NCBI RefSeq assembly: GCF_000737325.1
Contig: NZ_CP011125.1
Coordinates: 9,931,945 to 9,995,944, forward strand
DNA from: Sandaracinus amylolyticus
GTDB lineage: Bacteria > Myxococcota_A > Polyangia > Polyangiales > Sandaracinaceae
DNA: 64,000 bases
Direction of reading: 5' to 3'
Part shown: positions 48,622-64,000 of the stretch, piece by piece
Position numbering within the stretch: position 1 is the first letter of the stretch
Layout of the letters: each line of letters opens with the position of its first letter
Made by a program: the position numbers and the translations under genes
The notes under the pieces: generated by a model
Database searches by the model: none
The model's input: only the letters and a program-made list of their open reading frames with translations
What the model was told of the DNA's origin: nothing

Positions 48622-49128
48622 TCAACGCGGACCGAACCGACGCTCGAGCTCCGCGTATTTCCGGAGGAACACCTCCTCGTCCAGCTGCTCGCCTGCCGGC
48701 TCGATGGCGCGCGCGACATCCACTGCGAGACGCCTGCCGGTGATCCGCTCGTAAGCCCTTCTCGCTGCGTAACGCATCCCTTCCTGCGAGAACGCGCTGT
48801 CGCCGGACAACCGCGCGAGCGTCAGTGGATCGCGCAGCGCGTTCTCGAAGACCTCGCGCCCGAGCCCGATCAGGCCCGACCGGAAGTCGGTGAATCCGTC
48901 ATCGCTGCACCCGCCCTCGATGACGTAGGCCGCGTGCCAGAGATCCCAGCGATACGCACGCGCGTGCAGGGTCTCGAAGATGTGCGCGAACCCGGCGACG
49001 TCCTCGGGCGTCAACGCGCGCAGCAATCTCTCGAGCACCGCTGGCTGCCCCCGCGCTTCGTCAGCGCTGCGGTGGTCGCACCCACGTCGCGATGCGTCGA
49101 TGAGCGCCCAGAACCACGCTTCGTCCAT
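48622..49128 (-). CDS. DUF4240-like protein
   Basis: MDEAWFWALIDASRR...YRWDLWHAAYVIEGGCSDDGF. I recall this as DUF4240; assignment from memory. Confidence 0.55.
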   Translation of the reverse strand: MDEAWFWALIDASRRGCDHRSADEARGQPAVLERLLRALTPEDVAGFAHIFETLHARAYRWDLWHAAYVIEGGCSDDGFTDFRSGLIGLGREVFENALRDPLTLARLSGDSAFSQEGMRYAARRAYERITGRRLAVDVARAIEPAGEQLDEEVFLRKYAELERRFGPR

Positions 49129-49240
49129 CGCTTCATCCTACCGCGCGGTCTCGCCGCGACCCTGAGTCGCTCGATGGCCACGCACGCCCCGCGCCGAGCT
49201 TCCCGAGCCAGCCCGCGCGTCGAAGCTCACCGCCTTTGTT

Positions 49241-49466
49241 CTCGGCGATCCGCGAAGTGTCGGCTAGGGCCCCCGCTTCGCGGGGGACCGACACGATCGA
49301 GCATGCCCACCGGCCGCGCTCGTGCCCGACGACCACGCGACGGACTCTCGAGCCCCGAAGGGGGTGGGGCGGAGGGGGCAGAGCCCCCTTCGCATGCACC
49401 GCCGTGAAGCCCGCCGCCCGCGCAGGGATCTCGAGACGACGTCGAACGCAAGCCGAGCAGCCCTCG
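49241..49466 (-). repeat. copy B of the approximately 226-bp structured element (inverted relative to A)
   Basis: Reverse complement aligns along the full length of copy A. Differences fall mainly in hairpin loops (for example cttgg to ctctg). Confidence 0.9.
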
Positions 49467-49506
49467 CACACGCTCGCGCAGCGAGAGAGGCCGAGCGGCC
49501 CGAGCG

Positions 49507-50004
49507 CTATGCGACGTTCGCTTCGCGCGGAGGGTCGCCCATGCGCATCGCGCGCCGCCACACGCCCGTGCTCTCTTCGGCGAGGTACTCGCTGCGCGTC
49601 GGCACTCCGTCGAACACCAGGCCCATGCCCGGCAGGTTCGTGCGGCGCGCCCAGATCACGCGACACGGGAAGAAGTACTCGCAGCCCGCTGCTTCGTCGA
49701 CGAGCCGCACGATCACGCGCGCGCCGATCACCGGCGGTCGCGTCGTCGCGATCGCGAGGCCGTTGCCGCTCAGGTTCTTCACCTCGCCGGACTCGAAGCA
49801 CCCCGGCATCGTGAAGCTCACGGTCTTCGGGAACGGCAGTCGCGGCATCGTGCGCGCACCTGGGCTGCCGTCGCCGGTCAGCAGGCGCCCGAGCCCGAAG
49901 AGGCGCGCGCGCTCGTCGTCGTCGAGCGGGACCTCCAGACGATCCTGCTTCGCCCGGAGGAGCTGATACTCGAAGATCATCTCGAGGACGTTGCGGGTCG
50001 TCAT
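49507..50004 (-). CDS. PilZ-domain protein (putative c-di-GMP receptor)
   Basis: GGGAGG 5 nt upstream of the ATG at 50004. EMIFEYQLLRAKQDRLEVPLDDDERARL fits the RxxxR...D/NxSxxG PilZ pattern (RLFG...). The upstream track extension is junk. Confidence 0.65.
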   Translation of the reverse strand: MTTRNVLEMIFEYQLLRAKQDRLEVPLDDDERARLFGLGRLLTGDGSPGARTMPRLPFPKTVSFTMPGCFESGEVKNLSGNGLAIATTRPPVIGARVIVRLVDEAAGCEYFFPCRVIWARRTNLPGMGLVFDGVPTRSEYLAEESTGVWRRAMRMGDPPREANVA

Positions 50005-50240
50005 CGACGCCTCCCTTGTGATGCTCCCGATTTCTGCAACCGAGGTGCCACGAGCCACGAATCGATCGGTTCCGACGCACGCCCCACGCGAAAGTTCTCG
50101 ATCTGCCTCGCGACCTGCGCGCACGGGTGGGGCGCGACGGTCGGACAGCCGTGTCATGGTTCGCGTTGGATCCGCGTACCCGGGTACGCACTCTGCGTCC
50201 CGCGCTCCGCATCCCTTGCGTAGTAGAAGCAGCGCAGTCG

Positions 50241-51665
50241 ATGGACCTGTTCGACCACAAGGAAGATCGCGACCGCGAGGGCGCACCGCTCTCCGATCGC
50301 ATGCGGCCGCGACGTCTCACCGACATGGTCGGACAGCGACATCTCGTGGCCGAGGGCTCGCTGCTCCGTCGCGCGATCCAGCAGGACCGGATCCCGTCGA
50401 TGATCCTCTGGGGCCCGCCCGGCACCGGGAAGACGACGCTCGCGCGCGCGGTCGCCGCGGAGACCAAGGCGGTGTTCGTCCCGTTCAGCGCGGTGATGAG
50501 CGGCGTGCCCGAGCTGCGGAAGATCCTGGCCGAGGCTGCGGAGCGGAAGCGCCTGCACGGCACGCGCACGATCCTCTTCGTCGACGAGATCCACCGCTGG
50601 AACAAGGCGCAGCAGGACGCGCTGCTGCCCCACGTCGAGCGCGGCGCGGTGGTGCTGATCGGCGCGACCACCGAGAACCCGAGCTTCGCGGTGAACGCGG
50701 CGCTGCTCTCACGAGCGCGCGTGTTCCGCCTCGAGCCGCACGAGCCGAGCGATCTGCGCGCGCTGCTCGAGCGCGCGATGAGCGACCGCGAGCACGGCCT
50801 CGGCAAGCTCGCGCTCACCGTGGATCCCGAGGCGCTCGGCGTGATCGCGGAGATGGCGCAAGGCGACGCGCGTCGTGCGCTCGACGTGCTCGAACTCGCG
50901 GCGAACGACGCGACGGCGAGGAAGGTCGCGCTCGATCGCGAGGCGGTGGAGCAAGCGCTCGCGTCGCGCACGCTGCTCTACGACAAGAGCGGCGAGGAGC
51001 ACTACAACGTCGTCTCCGCGTTCATCAAGTCGATGCGTGGCAGCGATCCCGACGCCGCGATCTACTGGATGATGCGCATGCTCGAGGCCGGCGAAGATCC
51101 GCTCTTCGTGATGCGGCGCCTGGTCATCTTCGCGAGCGAGGACGTCGGCAACGCGGACCCGAACGCGCTGCAGATCGCGGTCGCGGCGGACGCGGCGTTC
51201 CGTCGGCTCGGCATGCCCGAGGGCCTCCATCCGCTCGCGCAGTGCTGCACGTACCTCGCGAGCACCGTGAAGAGCAACGCGAGCTACGAAGCGTGGCAGC
51301 GCGCGCAGGACGCGGTGAAGCAACACGGCCCGCTCCCCGTGCCCATGAAGCTGCGCAACGCAGCGACCAAACACATGAAGGCGTGGGGATACGGCGAGGG
51401 CTACCGCTATCCGCACGCCGAGGGCGGCCACGCGCAGGGCGAGACGTACTTGCCCGACGCGCTCGTGGGCGCGCGCTTCTACGAGCCGAAGGACATCGGC
51501 ATCGAGTCGCGGATCAAACAGCGCCTCGCGAAGCTCCGCGGCGACGAGCGACCGCCCACCGAAGACCCGCCGCGCGCCGAAAACGACGCCCGCCGCACCG
51601 ACCGTTCGCGCCCCGACGTCCCGCGTGAGGAAGGCCCCCGCACCGACCCCCCGGACGAGCGCTGA
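50241..51665 (+). CDS. rarA: replication-associated recombination protein A (AAA+ ATPase)
   Basis: Walker A GPPGTGKTT, Walker B ILFVDEIHR, sensor and MgsA C-terminal domain. Followed by a Pro/Arg/Asp-rich tail. Confidence 0.9.
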   Translation: MDLFDHKEDRDREGAPLSDRMRPRRLTDMVGQRHLVAEGSLLRRAIQQDRIPSMILWGPPGTGKTTLARAVAAETKAVFVPFSAVMSGVPELRKILAEAAERKRLHGTRTILFVDEIHRWNKAQQDALLPHVERGAVVLIGATTENPSFAVNAALLSRARVFRLEPHEPSDLRALLERAMSDREHGLGKLALTVDPEALGVIAEMAQGDARRALDVLELAANDATARKVALDREAVEQALASRTLLYDKSGEEHYNVVSAFIKSMRGSDPDAAIYWMMRMLEAGEDPLFVMRRLVIFASEDVGNADPNALQIAVAADAAFRRLGMPEGLHPLAQCCTYLASTVKSNASYEAWQRAQDAVKQHGPLPVPMKLRNAATKHMKAWGYGEGYRYPHAEGGHAQGETYLPDALVGARFYEPKDIGIESRIKQRLAKLRGDERPPTEDPPRAENDARRTDRSRPDVPREEGPRTDPPDER

Positions 51666-51742
51666 CGCCCATCCAGCACCCAGCTTCGGATCCCGATCGC
51701 ACATCGCGCGCGCTCATCCAACCGAGCGCGCGCAGCTCGCTC

Positions 51743-51918
51743 GCACGTCGCGCGCTCTTCCGAATCACACGTCGCGCTCGCCCGAAAACACATCGCGCTG
51801 TTCCGCCGAATCGCACGTCGCGCGCTGTTCCGAATCACGCGTCGCGCTCTTCCGAATCACACGTCGCGCTCTTCCGAATCAGACGTCGCGCGCTCTTCCG
51901 CCGAATCGCACCGACCGT
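51743..51918. repeat. array of about seven 22-27-bp direct repeats (iteron-like)
   Basis: Units ACGTCGCGCGCTCTTCCGAATCAC with variants (GCCGAATCGC, CCGAAAACAC). The array abuts copy C of the 226-bp element. Confidence 0.8.
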
Positions 51919-51939
51919 GTCGATCGAACCGCCAGAGTG

Positions 51940-52166
51940 CTCGGCACCCCGCGAAGTGTCGGCTAGGGGCCCCCGCACAGCGGGGGACCGACACGATCGA
52001 GCATGCCCACCGGCCGCGCTCGTGCCCGACGACCACGCGACGGACTCTCGAGCCCGAAGGGGGTGGGGCGGAGGGGGCCAAGCCCCCTTCGCATGCACCG
52101 CCGTGAAGCCCGCCGCCCGCGCAGGGATCTCGAGAAGCCGTCGAACGCAAGCCGAGCAGCCCTCGC
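51940..52166 (-). repeat. copy C of the approximately 226-bp structured element (same orientation as B)
   Basis: Near-identical to the reverse complement of copy A. Same CTCGGC/GCCGAG ends. Confidence 0.9.
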
Positions 52167-52198
52167 ACGACACGAAAAGGCCGAGCGGCCCCGAGCAC

Positions 52199-52879
52199 CT
52201 ACCAGCGGACCGATCCCTCGAGCTGCCTCGGCGTCTCTCCGAGCGAGATCTCGACGTGCGCGCCCGGGTACGAGCCGGCCTCGAGCAGCGCGACGCCGTA
52301 GCCCTCGAGGAAGCGATGCCACGCGACGCAGCGTCGCGCCTCCTCGGGCATCTCCTCGATGCGGAAGCGCGTCGCGCGCTCGCCCATCTCGACCACCACC
52401 ATGCGCCCGAGATCGCGAGTCACCGCGCGCCAGACGTGCGGCGAGACGCGCAGCAGGTGACCCGGCGCGCCTCCGTAGGAGCGCATCCAGCTCCGCAGGA
52501 TCGGAGAGAGCACGCCGCCGCTCATGTTGTCGAGCAGCCGCGCGCGCCCGAACGCGGCGATGCCGTCGTCCCCGTACTCCGCCGCGACCGACTCGAGGAT
52601 CACGATGTGGTACGCGACGGGGCACCACGAGCCATCGAGCGCGCTGTCGATCCAGGAGCGGACCTTCGGCATGCGCGCGATCGCACGCGCGCGGACACGA
52701 GGCCACTGCCCGAGGTCGATCAGCGTACGACGGACGCCCGAGACCACCGCGGACGCGATGCGCGGCTCCTCGGCGACCGTCACCGCGACGAACGGTTGAC
52801 GTGCCAGCAATGTCACTCCCCCCATCGCGATTCTAACAGCCTGTCCAGCGTTCGCTCGACCCCTGATACGAATCGTCAC
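52199..52879 (-). CDS. hypothetical protein (possibly a Myxococcales-restricted family)
   Basis: Coding-like composition. An alternative start (MGGVTLLARQ) lies at about 52825. No recognisable catalytic motif. Confidence 0.45.
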   Translation of the reverse strand: MTIRIRGRANAGQAVRIAMGGVTLLARQPFVAVTVAEEPRIASAVVSGVRRTLIDLGQWPRVRARAIARMPKVRSWIDSALDGSWCPVAYHIVILESVAAEYGDDGIAAFGRARLLDNMSGGVLSPILRSWMRSYGGAPGHLLRVSPHVWRAVTRDLGRMVVVEMGERATRFRIEEMPEEARRCVAWHRFLEGYGVALLEAGSYPGAHVEISLGETPRQLEGSVRW

Positions 52880-52910
52880 GCGCGAGCGTCCCCCACTCGC
52901 GCGCGATGCG

Positions 52911-53444
52911 TCAGCCCTTGCTCTGCAGGTACTTCGTCAGCGCGTCGCTCACGCTGGTCAGGTTCGCGGTGATCTGCTTCACGAGGAAGCTCTCGACCGT
53001 CTTGCCGATCGAGCCCGCGAGGAACGACGGAACGCCCTTCACCTTCTTCACGTCGATGGAGATGTCACCGACGATCTCGAGCCGCGTGCGATCCGCGCCG
53101 AGCTCGATGAACGTGTTCTTGCCGCTGCACGTGACGGCCTCGGTGAAGACACTCGTGCGGATGTTCCACTCGCACGTCCACGCGCTCTGATCCCACTTCG
53201 CGAAGTCGTCCCACGAGAGGCTCTCGCCGCCGATCACCTTCACGATCGGCGCGGGGATGTCGCCGCCGCCGTGCCACACGTTGTGCAGCGTCGCGATCGC
53301 GCCTTCGTCCGTGCGCGACTTCACCTCGATCGCGCGCACGTTCGGCAGGTACGCCGTGAAGTCCGGGAGCTCGTCTCGATAGGCGCGGAACACACGCTCG
53401 CGCGAGAAGGGCAGGACGCTGTCGGCTTCGATCCTCACCGCCAC
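52911..53444 (-). CDS. SRPBCC (polyketide cyclase/START-like) family protein
   Basis: 177 aa. Lower-GC, Lys-rich. The beta-grip pattern is typical of SRPBCC proteins. Confidence 0.7.
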   Translation of the reverse strand: MAVRIEADSVLPFSRERVFRAYRDELPDFTAYLPNVRAIEVKSRTDEGAIATLHNVWHGGGDIPAPIVKVIGGESLSWDDFAKWDQSAWTCEWNIRTSVFTEAVTCSGKNTFIELGADRTRLEIVGDISIDVKKVKGVPSFLAGSIGKTVESFLVKQITANLTSVSDALTKYLQSKG

Positions 53445-53484
53445 CTCCGCCGTCGTCGTGGTCGACGAGGCGGCGAGATGTAGC

Positions 53485-53952
53485 TCACGCGGATGCTTCG
53501 CGCAGCGTTCGCCGGTGACGGATCGCGTGCTGCAACAGATCGGAGAGCGCGGTGCGGATCTCGCTCGCGTCGAGGGACTCCGTCGGCAGCTCGACGGTGA
53601 GGACGACGTCGCCGTCCTCGTCGTACGCGAACTTCGTCTGGTACATGTCGCGGTTCATCCGCAGCAGCCATCGCGACAGCTCGAACGAGTTGTCGCCGCG
53701 CGTGCGGAGGAACGGCACGACGGACGCGATGAGCCAGTTCTGATCGAGCCGCACGAACACGACGAGCTCGCCCTCGCTGGTGTCGTGCACGCAGCGGAAG
53801 GTGCGATCGTCGTGGCGCGCCGCGCTCCAACCGAGCTCGTCGAGCTGCAGGGCTAGCGCACGCGGCTCGGTCAGCCTATGGATCTGCCTCATCGCTCCGA
53901 TCAACCCGCGCGCGCTCGGGGGTGTCAAGCCGCGCCGCTCTTGATGGAGCAC
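53485..53952 (-). CDS. YbjN-like (T3SS-chaperone-like fold) domain protein
   Basis: About 150 aa. The pattern (FRCVHDTSEGELVVFVRLDQNWLIASVV) resembles the YbjN family. Possible start at MRQIH (53892). Confidence 0.5.
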   Translation of the reverse strand: MLHQERRGLTPPSARGLIGAMRQIHRLTEPRALALQLDELGWSAARHDDRTFRCVHDTSEGELVVFVRLDQNWLIASVVPFLRTRGDNSFELSRWLLRMNRDMYQTKFAYDEDGDVVLTVELPTESLDASEIRTALSDLLQHAIRHRRTLREASA

Positions 53953-53992
53953 GTCCCGCGCTCACGCACGGGAAGAGCAACAGGAGGCGAGC

Positions 53993-54220
53993 GTGGGCGC
54001 GACACGACGAGTGAAGGGCACGATCCGCAAGCTGGGCATCGAGGGCGGAGTCTGGGCGCTCGTGACCGACGAGGGCGACACGATCGAGCTGATCGAGGCG
54101 CCCGCCGAGCTGTGCCAGAACGGCCGTCGCGCCGAGGTCGAGCTCGAGCGCGAGGGCGCCGACGTGACGATCGGCATGACCGGCGCAGCGGGCCGGGTGC
54201 GCTCGCACAAGATGCTCTGA
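53993..54220 (+). CDS. small hypothetical protein (75 aa)
   Basis: GTG start with AGGAGG 7 nt upstream. Strong GC3 bias. Followed by the hairpin GCGGActcTCCGC. Confidence 0.5.
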   Translation: MGATRRVKGTIRKLGIEGGVWALVTDEGDTIELIEAPAELCQNGRRAEVELEREGADVTIGMTGAAGRVRSHKML

Positions 54221-54260
54221 GGAGCGCGGACTCTCCGCTCTCCGAGGAAGCGGGACGTCA

Positions 54261-54700
54261 GGAAGACCACGTCGAAGGTCTTCGGTGAGCCCGTCGTGCT
54301 CGCCGCGCGTCCTCTTTCGAGCAGTTTTCGAGGAAAGCAGGAGGGTTGGGAAGACCACGTCGAAGGGTCCTGCCGTGAGCCCTCCATGCTCGGAGCGCGT
54401 CCTCTTCGAGCAGTTTTGAGGAACGCAGGAGGGTTGGGAAGACCACGTCGAAGGTCTCCTCGTCGACCTCGAAGCGCTCGGAATCCTCAAATCGGCAGGC
54501 TCGTGAAGACGCGGCGAGGAGCGACTGGCGCAGCGCCGTGGTCTTCCTTCCCCCCTGCCTTCCTCAAAAAAATCCGGAAGGCCCCATCGGGCGCTCCGAG
54601 GATCGACCTGGCGCAGCGCCGTGGTCTTCCTTCTCCTCCTGCCTTCCTCAAAAAATCCGAAGGGCCCGTTCGATCGCGCTCCGAGCAGCCTCCTGCTCTC
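54261..54700. repeat. composite array of about 2.5 direct and about 2 inverted copies of an approximately 88-bp unit
   Basis: Direct units start at 54261, 54349 and 54437; each begins with the palindrome GAAGACCACGTCGAAGGTCTTC. At 54530-54700 there are two copies of the reverse complement of the unit junction (CGCCGTGGTCTTCC|TTCCCCCCTGCCTTCCTCAAAAAAATCC). The array ends 150 bp before the start of the giant gene. Confidence 0.8.
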
Positions 54701-54851
54701 CTCGCCAATTCCTGATTTCCTGGGGCGAAACGCGGACTTCGCGAGTCGGGGATGATCCCTATTTACTTCGCGCGCCGATCACAGCGATTCTGGACGAGTC
54801 CGCTGCGGCCGTCCGTCCCCCGGCCGCGGCGATGACGCTCGCCGGAGGCTT

Positions 54852-61898
<7,047 letters not shown>

Positions 61899-61951
61899 GC
61901 GGGTAGGGCGCTCGCGCGCGAGGCTCGGGCGCCCGTGCCTACGTCGTCGAG

Positions 61952-62863
61952 ATGGACTCGTGCGACGTGCAGGGCTTCCGGGCGGTGCGCATCCAGCGCG
62001 GCTCGACGACGCTGGTCGTCGTTCCGGCGCTCGGCGCGAAGATCGCGTCGATCCACGCGGCCGGCCGCGAGTGGTTGTGGACCAGCGCCACGATCCCGTA
62101 TCGCGCTCCGATCGACGGCGCTTCGTACGTGGAGACCGCCGACAGCGGCGGCTTCGACGAGTGCTTTCCGACGGTCTCGCCCTGCACGCTGCCGGGCGGC
62201 GTGACGCTGCCGGATCACGGCGAGCTGTGGGCGGTGGAGCCCGAGATCGACGCGCGAGACAGCACGCTGTCTGCACGCTGGACGGGCCGGCGCGCGAAGT
62301 ACGTGTTCGAGCGCCGCATCGACGTCGACCCGAGCGGCGCTGTCACGATGCGCTACGCCGCGACGAACTCCGGCAACGTGCGCATGCCGTTCTCGTGGTC
62401 GTCGCATCCGCTGATGCCGCTGACGAACGACGTGACGCTCGTGTTGCCGAAGGACGCGATCACGAGAGTCGACGCGCAGCACGACATCGACCTCGGCGGC
62501 CACGGCGCGGAGCACCGATGGCCGGTGATCGCGGGTCACGACATGACTAGGCCCGCGGCATTGGGGCGTCACTACGCGACCAAGCTGTTCGTCGCGCTCG
62601 GAGACGTGAAGACCGTGGGGCTCGCAGTGGAAGGCGCGCGATTGACCGCCGAGCTCGAAGGCATCCCGGACTTCGGGCTGTGGATCAACCACCGCGGCTG
62701 GACGCCGTTCGAAGGCGGCACTCCGTACCTCAACTTCGGCTTCGAGCCGTGCATCGGCGCGCCCGACTCGCTGGCGCGCGCGCTCGAGCCCGGCTGGGAG
62801 AACGCGCACTGGCTCGCAGCAGGCGAGACGAGGCGCTGGGCGATGCGCTGGACGTTCGCGTGA
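61952..62863 (+). CDS. aldose-1-epimerase-like (galactose mutarotase fold) protein
   Basis: 303 aa, beta-sandwich-like. Motif layout is similar to the DUF4432/YeaD-type mutarotase-like family. The assignment is tentative. Confidence 0.6.
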   Translation: MDSCDVQGFRAVRIQRGSTTLVVVPALGAKIASIHAAGREWLWTSATIPYRAPIDGASYVETADSGGFDECFPTVSPCTLPGGVTLPDHGELWAVEPEIDARDSTLSARWTGRRAKYVFERRIDVDPSGAVTMRYAATNSGNVRMPFSWSSHPLMPLTNDVTLVLPKDAITRVDAQHDIDLGGHGAEHRWPVIAGHDMTRPAALGRHYATKLFVALGDVKTVGLAVEGARLTAELEGIPDFGLWINHRGWTPFEGGTPYLNFGFEPCIGAPDSLARALEPGWENAHWLAAGETRRWAMRWTFA

Positions 62864-62933
62864 TCGACGGCGCGCCGGTCGCGTGACCCACGGTCCCGAC
62901 CAGCCGGGGCGCGATCGTGGCAGCATCGCGCGC

Positions 62934-64000
62934 ATGGACACGACGGACGTGCTCGTCGTCGGCGCGGGGCCGACCGGGCTCACGATGGCGTGCGAGCTCG
63001 CGCGGCGCGGGCTCGCGGTGCGGGTGATCGATCGCGCCGCGGCGCCGAGCACGCGCTCGAAGGCGATCGTCGTGCACGCGCGCACGCTCGAGATCTTCGA
63101 GGACGTCGGGATCGCCGAGGACCTGATCGCGCGCGGGCTGGTGCTCCGTGGCATCACGATGTGGGCGGGCGGCGAGGTGATCGTGAGCGCGGGGTTCGAG
63201 GAGCTCGACACGCGCTTCTCGTACTTGCTCTCGGTGTCGCAAGCGGAGACCGAAGCGGTGCTCGCCGCGAAGCTCGAGTCGCTCGGCGTGGAGGTCGAGC
63301 GCGGGACGACGCTCGGCTCGTTCCGCCAGGACGGGACCGGCGTCACCGCGACGCTGCGCACGAACGACGGGGAGACGACGGTGCGCGCGGCGTGGCTCGT
63401 CGGATGCGACGGCGCGCACAGCACGGTCCGCGAGACGCTCGAGCTGCCCTTCGAGGGCACGACGTACGACGAGCGCTTCCTGCTCGCCGACGTGACGATC
63501 GGCTGGGACACCCGCGACGATCGCATCTCGACGTGGTTCGCCGAGGACGGCGTGATCGCGTGCTTCCCGATGCCGGGCGGGCGATGGCGCGTCATCGCGA
63601 GCGCGCCCGCGGGCGACGAGACCGAGGCCGCGCCGACGCTCGACGAGGTGCAGGCGATCTTCGATCGACGCACCGCGACCGGCGGCGTGCTCGGCGACGC
63701 GACGTGGCTCGCGCGCTTCCGCATCCACTGCCGTCAGGTCGCGCGTTATCGCGACGATCGCGTCTTCCTCGCAGGCGACGCCGCGCACGTGCACAGCCCC
63801 GTCGGCGGTCAGGGCATGAACACCGGCATCCAGGACGCGCACAACCTCGCGTGGAAGCTCGCGATGGTGCACCGCGGCGAGGCGCGCGCGCTCTTGCTCG
63901 ACAGCTACGAGCAGGAGCGCCACGCGATCGCGCGCAGCGTGCTCAAGAGCACCGACCTCGCGACCAAGGTGGGCACGCTCAAGAGCAGCGTCGCGCGCGC
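62934..64000 (+). CDS. FAD-dependent aromatic-ring monooxygenase (PheA/TfdB-type), 3' end outside the window
   Basis: My own translation: MDTTDVLVVGAGPTGLTMACELARRG (GxGxxG), then DG and GDAAH motifs (CDGAHSTVRE; FLAGDAAHVHSPVGGQGMNTG). The frame stays open to position 64000. It is absent from the ORF track because it runs off the edge. Confidence 0.85.
   Translation, partial: MDTTDVLVVGAGPTGLTMACELARRGLAVRVIDRAAAPSTRSKAIVVHARTLEIFEDVGIAEDLIARGLVLRGITMWAGGEVIVSAGFEELDTRFSYLLSVSQAETEAVLAAKLESLGVEVERGTTLGSFRQDGTGVTATLRTNDGETTVRAAWLVGCDGAHSTVRETLELPFEGTTYDERFLLADVTIGWDTRDDRISTWFAEDGVIACFPMPGGRWRVIASAPAGDETEAAPTLDEVQAIFDRRTATGGVLGDATWLARFRIHCRQVARYRDDRVFLAGDAAHVHSPVGGQGMNTGIQDAHNLAWKLAMVHRGEARALLLDSYEQERHAIARSVLKSTDLATKVGTLKSSVAR

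Overview
High-GC (about 70%) bacterial chromosomal window. The gene content (Myxo cysteine-rich repeats, a MYXO-CTERM-like signal, DUF1552/DUF1592 pairs, many lipoproteins, an ECF sigma factor) suggests a myxobacterium-like delta-proteobacterium. Most six-frame ORFs are shadow ORFs typical of GC-rich DNA. I call about 50 real CDSs. These include bioF-bioD, uppS-cdsA, gdhA, a rhodanese (sseA-like), an ECF sigma/FecR anti-sigma module followed by a di-haem MauG/CCP-like peroxidase and secreted proteins, a GH65 phosphorylase + beta-phosphoglucomutase-like HAD operon, an Ntn-hydrolase (penicillin-acylase family), apbC/mrp, rarA, and a 2,348-aa cysteine-repeat/BNR-propeller surface protein. Three things stand out: (i) a 1.8-kb ORF-free stretch carrying six copies of the perfect 14-bp palindrome GTTTCACGTGAAAC, the last of which overlaps the GTG start of a lipoprotein gene; (ii) a dense field of non-coding repeats at 47.6-54.8 kb, namely a roughly 226-bp highly structured element in three copies (one inverted) plus four distinct tandem hairpin/iteron-like arrays, many sharing a CACGT core; (iii) an internal MYXO-CTERM-like sorting signal followed at once by a lipoprotein signal in the middle of the giant ORF, joined by a 3x21-bp in-frame tandem repeat. 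I found no CRISPR array, no rRNA and no intact tRNA; there is one tRNA/tmRNA-like 3' fragment at 31.1 kb.
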